Positions 55,406 to 64,000 of a DNA stretch of 64,000 nucleotides are shown here, piece by piece. The notes beneath the pieces are model-generated. The model did no database searches. It saw nothing but the letters and a program-made list of their open reading frames with translations, and was not told the DNA's origin. The translations under genes and the position numbers were made by a program. Source of the stretch: Spirochaetia bacterium (lineage in GTDB: Bacteria; Spirochaetota; Spirochaetia; SZUA-6; Bin103); contig CBDBDQ010000005.1 of the NCBI GenBank assembly GCA_965203905.1, forward strand, positions 2,720,001-2,784,000, written 5' to 3'. The first letter of the stretch is position 1. Every line of letters starts with the position of its first letter.

Positions 55406-56305
55406 ATGGTGCTGCCGGCGCGGTCGCTGCTGTTCGTCCCCGCCAACCGGCCCGACCGCTACGCCAAGGCGGCGGCCGCGGGGGCGGACAAGGTGATCAT
55501 CGACCTGGAGGACTCGGTGCCGGCCGACCAGCGCGCCGCGGCGCGCGAGATGATCGCCCCCGCGCTGCCGGAGGTGCCGCGCGAACGGTTGCTGGTGCGG
55601 GTCAATCCGACTGCCGACCCGGATCACGCCGCCGACCTCGACGCGGTGCCGCTGGCGGCGGTGGGCGGGCTGATGGTGCCGAAGCTGGAGCACGCCGCCG
55701 AGCTGCGCGGCCTGGCCGGCGAGCTGGGGCGCCGGGAGGCGGCGGCCGGCCTGGCCGTGGGTTCGACGTTCCTGGTGGTGCTGATCGAGACCGCACGCGG
55801 CGTGCGCGATGCCGACGCACTGCTGGAGGCGGCCGCCGGTCTCGGCCGCGACTGCCTCGCCGCGTTCGGGGCGCTGGACTACGGCGTGGAGGTGGGCACC
55901 GAGGCGTCCGGCGTCGAGCCGGAGCTGCTGTATCCGCGCGCGCGGTTAACGGTCGCCGCCGCCGCTGCCGGCCTGGAGCCGCCCATCGATTCGCCGAGCA
56001 CCCACCTGCGCGATCCCGACCCGGTCCGCGCGGAGGCGCTGGCGGCGCGCCGGCTCGGGTTCCAGGGCAAGCTGTGCGTGCACCCGCTCCAGGTCGGCCC
56101 CTGCAACGAAGTGTTCACCCCGCCGCCGGCGGCGGTGGCCGCCGCGCGCGCCGTGGTCGACGCCTACGATGCGGCGCAGGCCGCCGGGCGCGGCGCCGTG
56201 GCGCTGGACGGCCGCATGATCGACATGCCGGTAGTAAGGCGGGCGCAACGCACGCTCACCCTGGCGCGTCGCCTGCACCAGGCCCACTCCGCCGGCAATG
56301 CGTGA
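55406..56305 (+). CDS. CitE/HpcH-family acyl-CoA lyase
   Basis: RSLLFVPAN, IDLEDSV, LIETARG, GFQGKLCVHP, GRMIDMP. Confidence 0.9.
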   Translation: MVLPARSLLFVPANRPDRYAKAAAAGADKVIIDLEDSVPADQRAAAREMIAPALPEVPRERLLVRVNPTADPDHAADLDAVPLAAVGGLMVPKLEHAAELRGLAGELGRREAAAGLAVGSTFLVVLIETARGVRDADALLEAAAGLGRDCLAAFGALDYGVEVGTEASGVEPELLYPRARLTVAAAAAGLEPPIDSPSTHLRDPDPVRAEALAARRLGFQGKLCVHPLQVGPCNEVFTPPPAAVAAARAVVDAYDAAQAAGRGAVALDGRMIDMPVVRRAQRTLTLARRLHQAHSAGNA

Positions 56306-56379
56306 GCGCCGCTGAGCCCGCGGCGGTTACCGGATGCGACAGTCGTAGTCCGCGATCCTGGAGTCGTCGGTCACCAGTG

Positions 56380-57111
56380 TCACGTCGTTCCGGTGATGAA
56401 GGACAGGACCTGGTCCATCCAGCCATTGAGCGTGCGGTACTTGGCCGGTTCCGCGGCCAGGATGCGCTGCTCGGACTGGACGTACATCGACGGCACCAGC
56501 TCGGCGCGGCAGTTCTCGACCAGCGCGCGGGCGCCGTCCGCGGTGGTGTCGAGGTGAAACTGCATACCGATCACCGATGCGCCGAGCTGGAACGCCTGGT
56601 TCAGCGCTCCGTTGCTGCGCGCCAGGCGAACCGCTCCTTCCGGCAGGTCGAACGTGTCGCCATGCCAGTGGAACACCTCCAGGAACGGCGGAAAGCGGAA
56701 CCTGGCCGGCTGCTCCGCATCCGCATCGCGGTCACCGCCGTCGTCGCCGGTGGCGGGTGCCACGCCCTGGATCGGCAGCCAGCCGATCTCCTTGACCTTG
56801 TTGGGGTACACCGCCGCTCCGCAGGCGCTGGCAATGAGCTGCGCGCCCAGGCACACGCCCAGCACCGGCCGCCCCAACTCGATCGCGGCGCGGATGAACC
56901 GCTTCTCCGCCACCAGCCACGGATGCTCGCCTTCGTCGTTGACGCTCATCGGGCCGCCCATCGCCACCACGAGGTCCACTTCGGCGGGTGGCGGCAGCTC
57001 GGTCGAGTCGTAGAACCGCGTCGCCGTCACCTGGTACCCGGCGCGATGCAGCCAGGACTCGATGCTGCCCAGCCCTTCGAACGGAACGTGTTGCAGATAA
57101 TGCGCGCGCAC
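56380..57111 (-). CDS. Type 1 glutamine amidotransferase
   Basis: QHVPFEG, MGGPMS, GVCLGAQL, WHGD, QFH. Confidence 0.88.
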   Translation of the reverse strand: MRAHYLQHVPFEGLGSIESWLHRAGYQVTATRFYDSTELPPPAEVDLVVAMGGPMSVNDEGEHPWLVAEKRFIRAAIELGRPVLGVCLGAQLIASACGAAVYPNKVKEIGWLPIQGVAPATGDDGGDRDADAEQPARFRFPPFLEVFHWHGDTFDLPEGAVRLARSNGALNQAFQLGASVIGMQFHLDTTADGARALVENCRAELVPSMYVQSEQRILAAEPAKYRTLNGWMDQVLSFITGTT

Positions 57112-57156
57112 GGATCACCTCGGGTATTGGAAACTTGCAACCGCCGCGGCGGCCCT

Positions 57157-57260
57157 GGCGTCATAGTAACCCGGAACGCGGTACGCTGGCGCCGATGGCT
57201 GCGCAGGCGAACCCGGCAATACGCGAGCGTCTCGCGTCGACGCCGGGCCACGAAGAGGAC
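57157..57260 (+). repeat. Diverged direct repeat of 57655-57757 (promoter and 5' end of a Uma2-like gene)
   Basis: GGCG.CATA.TA.CC.GGAA...ATGGCTG.GCAGG.G.ACC.GGCAA.ACGCGAGCGT in both copies. Confidence 0.7.
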
Positions 57261-57322
57261 AGCACCTCAATGCGGTGTAGATACAGTAGCGGCGAGGTGT
57301 TGCTGATGATGATGTCAACCAT
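57260..57322 (-). pseudogene. 5' stub of a DUF3368-like PIN toxin
   Basis: MVDIIISNTSPLLYLHRIEVL, coupled to the UPF0175 stop, then cut off. Confidence 0.65.
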
Positions 57323-57584
57323 GCCCTCGTTCCAGGTCCGACAACTCAGATTCAAGCGGAAAGACCTGATAACGAGCAAGCTGCAGCAGAAACTCTACAC
57401 GAACCATTCCCGCCAGTTCGGCTGCTCGACCCGACGACAACCGGCTGAGCTCGAACAGCTTGACTGCCGCGAGCATGCGCAGTTCGCGGGCGAACAGGCG
57501 TTCATCGGTCTTCTCGGCCAGGAGTACACTCTCGGGAACGTCGATTGCGATCTTGCGTGTTGCCACGGTGGTGTTCCTCTCCAT
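57315..57584 (-). CDS. UPF0175-family antitoxin-like protein
   Basis: AAVKLFE..RLSSGRAAELAG..RVEFL. Confidence 0.8.
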   Translation of the reverse strand: MERNTTVATRKIAIDVPESVLLAEKTDERLFARELRMLAAVKLFELSRLSSGRAAELAGMVRVEFLLQLARYQVFPLESELSDLERGHG

Positions 57585-57689
57585 GACTATCGCATAGATC
57601 GCCCCTCAACCGCCGCGCCGGGGCTGCCGCCGCGAACCGCCAGGGCAGGCACGGCGCCATAATAGCCTGGAATGTCGTGTGGTGGTGTC

Positions 57690-58102
57690 AATGGCTGTGC
57701 AGGTGGACCAGGCAACACGCGAGCGTTTCTCGCCGGCGCTGGGCACGGAGAGGAACGTGCCGCGGGCAAGCCGTTGCCGTTGGAGAACGGCGACCGGCTC
57801 TCGCGCGCCGAGTTCGAACGGCGCTATACCGCTCGGCCGGACGAACCGCAACCCCACGCGTTGCTTCGTATCGTCCCGGCGGCGAGTACCGACCGCTGGC
57901 CGCGACCGCGGGCGGCATGCTCGAGAGCCGCGTGTTTCCCGGCCTGCGCCTGGCGGTCGATGCGCTGCTGCAAGGTGACATCGCCGGGGTACTTGCCGAG
58001 TTGCGAAACGGTCTGAGCATCCCGGAGCACGCCGAGTCTGTCGAGCACCTGCGGGCAGCGGAGACGGCCGCGAAGGAAGATTCCCGAGGTGGTAGCGACT
58101 GA
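57690..58102 (+). pseudogene. Internally deleted, frameshifted Uma2-family gene
   Basis: PLENGDRLSRAEFERRY (N-terminal) and LESRVFPGLRLAVDALLQGD (C-terminal) lie in different frames. Confidence 0.75.
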
Positions 58103-58239
58103 GGCGGACGCCGCCGGTAGTTGTGCACCCAGTCTCGAAGTGTCGATGCGACCTTGCCGACTCTGAGTTCACCGGACTACGCATTTTTCTGGTCACCATG
58201 TCTCGCAGCCACTGACTCCGCCACCGATAATGGGCTCGT

Positions 58240-61200
58240 ATGTTGCGTCCGAATCCGGCAGTCGAGCGGTGGCGAGATGGCGAACGGGTCGGGCCGCGCT
58301 TGGCGGCGCATCAGCTTGCCGGCCTGCTCTCCATCGACCTTGAGGGCAGCGAGAACATCCACGCGATCGGTGCGATACGCACCGACCGTTCCACGACCTT
58401 CACCTGGCGCGGCGACAGCAATGGACTACCCGCGGCCCTGGCAGCTCTGGAGGAATTCTCCGAAGGAGCCTCGTATCTGGTCGGGCACAACATCATCGAG
58501 CACGATCTCGAGCTTCTCGCCAAGCATGCGTCCCGCCTCGAACTGCTCCACTTGGCCGCCATCGACACGCTCTACCTCAGCCCTCTGGCATTCCCCGAGA
58601 ACCCCTACCATCACCTCGTCAAGCAGTATCAGGAACCTGCACTGGCGAGGGCGCAGGTAAACGATCCCCTCCTGGATGCCGAGCTGACACTGGAGCTGTT
58701 CGCCGACATCGCCGATGCACTGAAGTCGGCTGACGAAGACCTGCTGCTCGCCTGGCACGCCCTGCTTTCCGCCGGCGTCAAGGGACACGCCTTCGACCAC
58801 GTCTTCCGCACCGTCCGTGCCGCCGAAGCAACGCCAAGCGTCGCAGATGCGATTCCGGCAATCATGGACCGCCTTCGAGAACGCGGGTGCGCGAACCAGG
58901 CCGCCCATATTGCCAACGCCGCACCCTCGCATCCTCTCGCCCTCACGTATCTGTTGGCATGGCTGCCGGCTGCAGGAGGCAACTCCATCATTCCTCCCTA
59001 CGTCGAAAAGCGATTTGGACCGGGCACCCTGGCAACGAAGCTCCGCGATACGCGCTGCGGAGACCGAAACTGCTCCTGGTGCGCGGAGCATCTCGACCCT
59101 GAGAAGGCGCTGCAGCGATGGTTCGGTTTCGAGGCATTCCGCGATCGGCCTCAGAGTCGAGACGGCGAGAGCCTGCAGCGTTCCATTACCGAGAAACACC
59201 TTGCCCGCGCGCAGGTACTCGGGATTCTTCCCACCGGAACCGGAAAGTCGCTCTGCTATCAGCTCCCGGCGCTGATGCGCTACGCAGCAACCGGGGCGCT
59301 CACCGTGGTGATTTCTCCGTTGGTGGCGTTGATGGCCGATCAGGTCACGGCGATGCGGCGCCAGGGCGTCGTCTGCGCCACCACGATCAACGGCCTCATA
59401 TCCATGCCGGAACGTGCCGAAGCGCTTGCCCACATCCGTCTCGGTGACGCCGGTATCGTCCTGGTCGCTCCGGAGCAGCTTCGCAATCGTTCGTTCAGGA
59501 AGGCGATCGCGGGCCGCCGCATCGGCGCGTGGGTCGTGGACGAGGCGCACTGCCTCTCGAAATGGGGACATGATTTCCGCCCCGACTATCGCTACGTCGC
59601 GCGTTACATCGCCGAGCACCACGGAGAGGATTCCGCGCCCATCCTCTGCCTGACCGCCACCGCCAAGCACGACGTCGTCGCCGACATCGTTCAGCACTTC
59701 GAACGGACGCTGCAGTCTCGGCTCGAAGTCGTCGACGGTGGAGCGGAACGCACCAATCTCGAATTCGTGGTGATGCCGACTTCGGCTTCGCAACGCATCG
59801 AGCACATCCATCGGGCACTCGAAGACGCACTTGAGAGAGAACGCTCGGGAGGCGCCATCGTCTACTGCACGACCAGGCGGAGCACCGAGGAGACCGCGCA
59901 GGCGCTCGCCGCCAGAGGACTGGTCGCGCAACACTTTCACTCCGGTCTCTCGCCGGAGCGAAAGCGCGAGATCCAGCGCGGCTTCCACGACGGCGACATC
60001 GACGTCGTGGTCGCCACCAACGCCTTCGGCATGGGAATCGACAAACCGACCGTGCGCGCGGTGGTTCACGCCGAGATTCCGGGCTCCCTCGAGAGCTACC
60101 TCCAGGAAGCCGGCAGGGCGGGAAGAGATGGCGCGCCGGCGCACTGCCTGCTGCTGTTCGAGCCCGACGACACCGAACGGCAGTTCTCACTCACCGCCGG
60201 CTCGCGGTTGGAGCGGCGCGACATCCAGGCCGTGCTGCGTGCGATACGCCGTCTCGACGCGCGCCGCCGGCGCCACCACGCGGACACCGAGGACGCGGTG
60301 GTCGCGACCTCGGGGGAAATCCTGCTGCAGGACGACGACGGCGAATTCTCGCGCGACAGCGTCACGGACGACGACCGGGTGCGTACCGCCATCGCGTGGT
60401 TGGAGGAATCGAGGCTCGCGCGACGCGACGAGAACCACACGAGTGTCTTTCCCTCGTCCTTGCGTCTCCCGAGCCTGGCGGCCGCACGCGAACGCATCGA
60501 GCGTGAGGGCAACCGGCGCAACATTCGAAGCGATGTCCGGGCGCAGATGCTGCGCGTCGTCCAGACCCTGGCGCACGCAGACCCGGACACCGGTGTGTCC
60601 ACCGACGAGTTGATGAACGAATGCGGCTGCTCGCTGCAGCAGCTTCGCAAGATCTTCAGCACGCTGGAGCAAATCGGCGTCGCATCGAACGACATGCGCA
60701 TCACCGTGTATGTCCATGTGGGAGTTGGGAACGCCTCCACACGACGCCTTGCGCTTGCACAGGAGCTGGAGCAGGCGCTCATCGCAGAGCTTCGCGAGGA
60801 AGCGCCGGACCAGGAAGTCGATACCTGGACCCTTCTCGCGCTCCGGCTCCTGGCGCAGCGGCTTCGGCAGAAGGAGATCAGCAACCCGCTGCCCGAGCGG
60901 CTGGTCAGGCTTCTGCGCAGCATCTCCTCGGACGGCCGCGACGAACCGGACGCGAAACGAAGCATCGAAATCCGTGCCCGCGACATGGAAACCATCGGGG
61001 TTCGGCTGCGGCGGAACTGGGCGGGCATCGAACGTATCGCCCGACTTCGCCGGGACGGTGCGGCGCGGCTGCTCGAACATCTGATCGGAAAGGTGCCCGA
61101 GAACGTTCGTGGCGTCGATCTGCTGGTGGAAACCACCTACGGCGCGCTCGAACAGGCCATCAAGGCCGACCTGGTGTTGAGGTCGCAGTTGAAGAACCAG

Positions 61201-63504
61201 GCGGCACAGCCGCTCGTCGACCGCGCGCTCTTGTGGATGCACGAGCAGGAGGTCATCACGCTCAACCGCGGTCTCACGGTGTTCCGGCCGGCCATGACCT
61301 TGAAGGTCACGAGAGATGGAAGAACCTTCACGGTGGCGGACTTCAAGCCCCTGCAGCAACACTATGCCGAGCAGACCGCGCAGATCCACGTCGTTGCCGA
61401 ATATGCACGGCTCGGCGTGGCCGACATCCATCTGGCGCTGCGCCTCGCGGCCGATTACTTCCGCCTCGCCAACAACGAGTTCGTCGACAAGTGGTTCAAG
61501 GGAAAGGAGACGGCGCTGCGCCGAGACACCCTCCCGGAGCACTACGAGCAGATTGTCAGGAAGCTCGGCAATCGGACCCAGGAGCAAATCGTCGCCGACG
61601 ACCGCGAGCGCACCAATGTGCTTGTGCTCGCGGGACCGGGATCGGGCAAGACCCGGGTGCTGGTGCATCGCATCGCCTACCTCATCCGCGTGCGTCGCGA
61701 GAATCCGGGAACCATTCTGGCACTGACGTACAACCGCCACGCGGCGGTGGAGGCGCGGCGGCGCCTCGACGAGCTGATCGGAAGCGACGCCCGAGGCGTC
61801 AACGTCATGACGTGCCACGCGCTCGCGATGCGCATTCTCGGCATCTCCTTCGCCGAGGCCGCTGCGAATCCAGGCGCTCAGACATTCGACAAGATCATGC
61901 GCGACGCCACTCGCCTGCTCCGGAGCGACGGGACGGCCGCGTTCGTCACCCGTGAGCAGATGCTCGGGCGCCTCAACTGGATTCTGGTCGACGAGTATCA
62001 GGACATCGGTGAGCCCGAGTACGAGCTCATCTCGGCGCTCGCCGGAAAGACGCTGGCCGAAGACGACGCAAGACTGAACCTGTTTGCGGTCGGCGACGAC
62101 GACCAGAACATCTACGCCTGGAAGGGCGCATCGGTGCGCTACATTCGCCGCTTCGCCCAGGACTATCGCGCGAAGGAGGAGTACCTCGTCGAGAACTACC
62201 GTTCGAGCGGTTTCATCATCGATGCGGCGAACCGGTGCATCGAAGGCGCGCCAGAGCGTCTCAAACGCGACCACGGGCTGCGAATCGATACCTGTCGGGG
62301 TGCCGATCCGCCAGGCGGACCGTGGACCAACCGCGACAGCCTCGCCAAGGGCAGAGTCCAGATCCTTCGCCTCAGCGGCGGCCAGCTTTCCCAGGCCGTG
62401 GCCGCGGTCGAGGAACTCCAGCGGCTCTCCAAGCTCGACCCGGGCTGGCAGTGGAACCGTTGCGCGATCATCGCCAGAAATTGGGCGGACCTCGACCCGG
62501 TAAGAAGCGCCTGCATGGTTCACCGAATTCCGGCGCAGAGCGCCCGCGAGGAGCTCTCATCGTTCTGGCGTGCCCGTGTGACACAGAGGTTTCTCACCAC
62601 GCTGGAAGCTAGCGGGTCGACTACCATCGAGACCGCGAAGATCCAGCGCTACCGCACGGACCTGCCTGGAGATCAGTGGGCCGCACTCCTGGCTCAGGCG
62701 CTCGATGAGCTGATGCTTGAGGAGAGCCACACGGCGGTTCTGCCAACCGCGTTCGTGCGTAACTGGCTCGGCGAGTGGAGCAGGGAAGTTCGGCGCCGAC
62801 AACGGGGGCTGCTTCTTACCAGCGCGCACCGGGCAAAGGGCCTGGAGTTCGATCACGTAGTCATTCTCGACGGTCGCTGGAGGTGTACGAGCGATTCAGA
62901 GGATTCGGAGGCCCCTCGCCGCCTGTACTATGTCTCGATGACGCGTGCGCGGGAGACGCTCTCGCTGATCAGCCTGGAGGATGGAGACCGCCGAGGTTCG
63001 CGGGACAATTTACTTCCGGCCGGTCGGGACGAACGTGCCAGCGCCCTGCTTCGGCAGATCGGGGGCGCCCCTTCGGTACTGGAACGCCAAGCCCCAAGTC
63101 CCGAAATTGACGATCCCCGGTTGGACGTGAGGGTCGCAGAATGCACCATGAAGGACGTCGTGCTGTCATTCGCCGGTTGGAAAACGGTGAACGGCAAGGC
63201 ACTCCGCGCCATTGCGCGACTCGAGCCCGGCGCCCCTTTGTCCCTGGCGCGCGAGAACGGACACTGGGAGATTCTCGACCACATCGGAGACCGGGTCGGC
63301 CGCATGGCGCGCAAGTGGTCCCCGCCCCCCGGCATGGCCATCGAGCGAGCGGTCGTGCAGGGCATCTTCACCCGATGGGCACGAGACGAGGCGGATGAAG
63401 AACGCAGGCGGAGGCTTCGCTGCGAAACGTGGGAAGTCGTCGTGCCGAAGCTCCAGCTATCACGCAGACGACTACCGGCCACCGATGGGCCGCGACAAGA
63501 CTGA
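58240..63504 (+). CDS. Exonuclease-like + RecQ (SF2) + UvrD/Rep (SF1) multidomain helicase, 1754 aa
   Basis: SIDLE..VGHNIIEHD; PTGTGKSLCYQL, VDEAHCLSKWGHDFRPDY, QEAGRAGRDG; AGPGSGKT, VDEYQD, VGDDDQNIY, HRAKGLEF, YVSMTRA. Confidence 0.9.
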   Translation: MLRPNPAVERWRDGERVGPRLAAHQLAGLLSIDLEGSENIHAIGAIRTDRSTTFTWRGDSNGLPAALAALEEFSEGASYLVGHNIIEHDLELLAKHASRLELLHLAAIDTLYLSPLAFPENPYHHLVKQYQEPALARAQVNDPLLDAELTLELFADIADALKSADEDLLLAWHALLSAGVKGHAFDHVFRTVRAAEATPSVADAIPAIMDRLRERGCANQAAHIANAAPSHPLALTYLLAWLPAAGGNSIIPPYVEKRFGPGTLATKLRDTRCGDRNCSWCAEHLDPEKALQRWFGFEAFRDRPQSRDGESLQRSITEKHLARAQVLGILPTGTGKSLCYQLPALMRYAATGALTVVISPLVALMADQVTAMRRQGVVCATTINGLISMPERAEALAHIRLGDAGIVLVAPEQLRNRSFRKAIAGRRIGAWVVDEAHCLSKWGHDFRPDYRYVARYIAEHHGEDSAPILCLTATAKHDVVADIVQHFERTLQSRLEVVDGGAERTNLEFVVMPTSASQRIEHIHRALEDALERERSGGAIVYCTTRRSTEETAQALAARGLVAQHFHSGLSPERKREIQRGFHDGDIDVVVATNAFGMGIDKPTVRAVVHAEIPGSLESYLQEAGRAGRDGAPAHCLLLFEPDDTERQFSLTAGSRLERRDIQAVLRAIRRLDARRRRHHADTEDAVVATSGEILLQDDDGEFSRDSVTDDDRVRTAIAWLEESRLARRDENHTSVFPSSLRLPSLAAARERIEREGNRRNIRSDVRAQMLRVVQTLAHADPDTGVSTDELMNECGCSLQQLRKIFSTLEQIGVASNDMRITVYVHVGVGNASTRRLALAQELEQALIAELREEAPDQEVDTWTLLALRLLAQRLRQKEISNPLPERLVRLLRSISSDGRDEPDAKRSIEIRARDMETIGVRLRRNWAGIERIARLRRDGAARLLEHLIGKVPENVRGVDLLVETTYGALEQAIKADLVLRSQLKNQAAQPLVDRALLWMHEQEVITLNRGLTVFRPAMTLKVTRDGRTFTVADFKPLQQHYAEQTAQIHVVAEYARLGVADIHLALRLAADYFRLANNEFVDKWFKGKETALRRDTLPEHYEQIVRKLGNRTQEQIVADDRERTNVLVLAGPGSGKTRVLVHRIAYLIRVRRENPGTILALTYNRHAAVEARRRLDELIGSDARGVNVMTCHALAMRILGISFAEAAANPGAQTFDKIMRDATRLLRSDGTAAFVTREQMLGRLNWILVDEYQDIGEPEYELISALAGKTLAEDDARLNLFAVGDDDQNIYAWKGASVRYIRRFAQDYRAKEEYLVENYRSSGFIIDAANRCIEGAPERLKRDHGLRIDTCRGADPPGGPWTNRDSLAKGRVQILRLSGGQLSQAVAAVEELQRLSKLDPGWQWNRCAIIARNWADLDPVRSACMVHRIPAQSAREELSSFWRARVTQRFLTTLEASGSTTIETAKIQRYRTDLPGDQWAALLAQALDELMLEESHTAVLPTAFVRNWLGEWSREVRRRQRGLLLTSAHRAKGLEFDHVVILDGRWRCTSDSEDSEAPRRLYYVSMTRARETLSLISLEDGDRRGSRDNLLPAGRDERASALLRQIGGAPSVLERQAPSPEIDDPRLDVRVAECTMKDVVLSFAGWKTVNGKALRAIARLEPGAPLSLARENGHWEILDHIGDRVGRMARKWSPPPGMAIERAVVQGIFTRWARDEADEERRRRLRCETWEVVVPKLQLSRRRLPATDGPRQD

Positions 63505-63527
63505 ATCATGTCGCGCCGCCGTCCTGT

Positions 63528-63647
63528 TCACGCGCGCAGGCACGGCACGTCGTAGTTGGGGATCGTCGCGTCGCGCGTGACGATGGTGAGACCCTCCAGG
63601 CGTGCCTGCGCGACCTGGATGCGGTCGAAGGGATCGGCGTGGATCAG
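63528..63647 (-). pseudogene. C-terminal remnant of a VapC/PIN toxin
   Basis: LIHADPFDRIQVAQARLEGLTIVTRDATIPNYDVPCLRA*. Confidence 0.75.
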
Positions 63648-63745
63648 AAGGGCCACGGTGATTGGTTCTCGGCTGCGGCCTGGCCGCGGCCTCGGCGGCC
63701 TCGGCTCGGCTTGTCACCGGTAATTCAGGTCGCCTAAGGTACGGT

Positions 63746-64000
63746 GTGAAAGTACTCAGCATTGAGACCCGCCACTGCGACGCGGGCTGGCGCAACTACC
63801 ACTTCGTGAAGCTCACCACCGAAGACGGCATCGTGGGCTGGAGCGAGTACGACGAGCACCAGGGTGCCACCGGCGTCACCAGCGTGGTGGAGCGCATGGC
63901 TCCGTCGGTGGTGGGCGAGCGCGTGCTGGACACCGAACTGGTGTTCGCGAGGCTGCATGCGCTGGCGCGCCAGTCGATGTCCGGCGTGATGGCGATGGGG
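63746..64000 (+). CDS. Mandelate racemase/MLE family enzyme (partial, runs off window)
   Basis: MKVLSIETRHCDAGWRNYHFVKLTTEDGIVGWSEY. Confidence 0.75.
   Translation, partial: MKVLSIETRHCDAGWRNYHFVKLTTEDGIVGWSEYDEHQGATGVTSVVERMAPSVVGERVLDTELVFARLHALARQSMSGVMAMG

Noticed and set aside
1-64000. Many long antisense or alternate-frame ORFs (e.g. 18118-20340, 23680-25674, 60187-62523)
   Set aside because: They overlap well-supported genes, lack motifs, and are expected in high-GC DNA.
1-64000. CRISPR array, tRNA/rRNA, integron, reverse transcriptase/DGR
   Set aside because: I saw no regularly spaced repeat-spacer array, RNA-gene signature, integrase or RT motifs; SBP variation does not look adenine-specific by eye.

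Overview
High-GC bacterial DNA, gene-dense and dominated by catabolism and transport. A host-associated spirochaete, for example a sponge symbiont, is suggested by the SBP N-termini (ATGEEE/ASPAGEEEPAAAA), the expanded PhyH, desaturase and ABC paralogues, an ankyrin protein and Uma2/Rpn/AAA-PD-(D/E)XK nucleases; this is inference only. 0-29 kb holds a Rieske oxygenase, transaldolase-like, ankyrin, 4 PhyH-type dioxygenases, 2 ceramidase-like hydrolases, an enolase-superfamily enzyme, a sugar ABC transporter, Gfo/Idh/MocA and epimerase genes, 2 MocD-like desaturases, a family-5 ABC cassette and a TauD-like gene. 29-50 kb holds three paralogous SBP-dppB-dppC cassettes, each next to a different PD-(D/E)XK nuclease gene. 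Each is preceded by the same 400-550 bp leader: a TTGACA-N17-CA(T/C)AGT promoter, an MPT..HSTQR uORF with a C-tract (C8, C20, or interrupted), and a covarying stem whose 3' arm can alternatively pair with the SBP Shine-Dalgarno. This looks like a candidate phase-variable leader-peptide/RNA switch controlling a transporter repertoire and is the main finding. 50-64 kb holds a deacylase, an alcohol dehydrogenase, HigA, a MaoC/CoA-transferase/CitE operon, a GATase and a 1754-aa exonuclease-RecQ-UvrD fusion. Many gene scars, broken TA modules and palindromic insertions occur throughout. All assignments come from motif recognition by eye; no database search was run.
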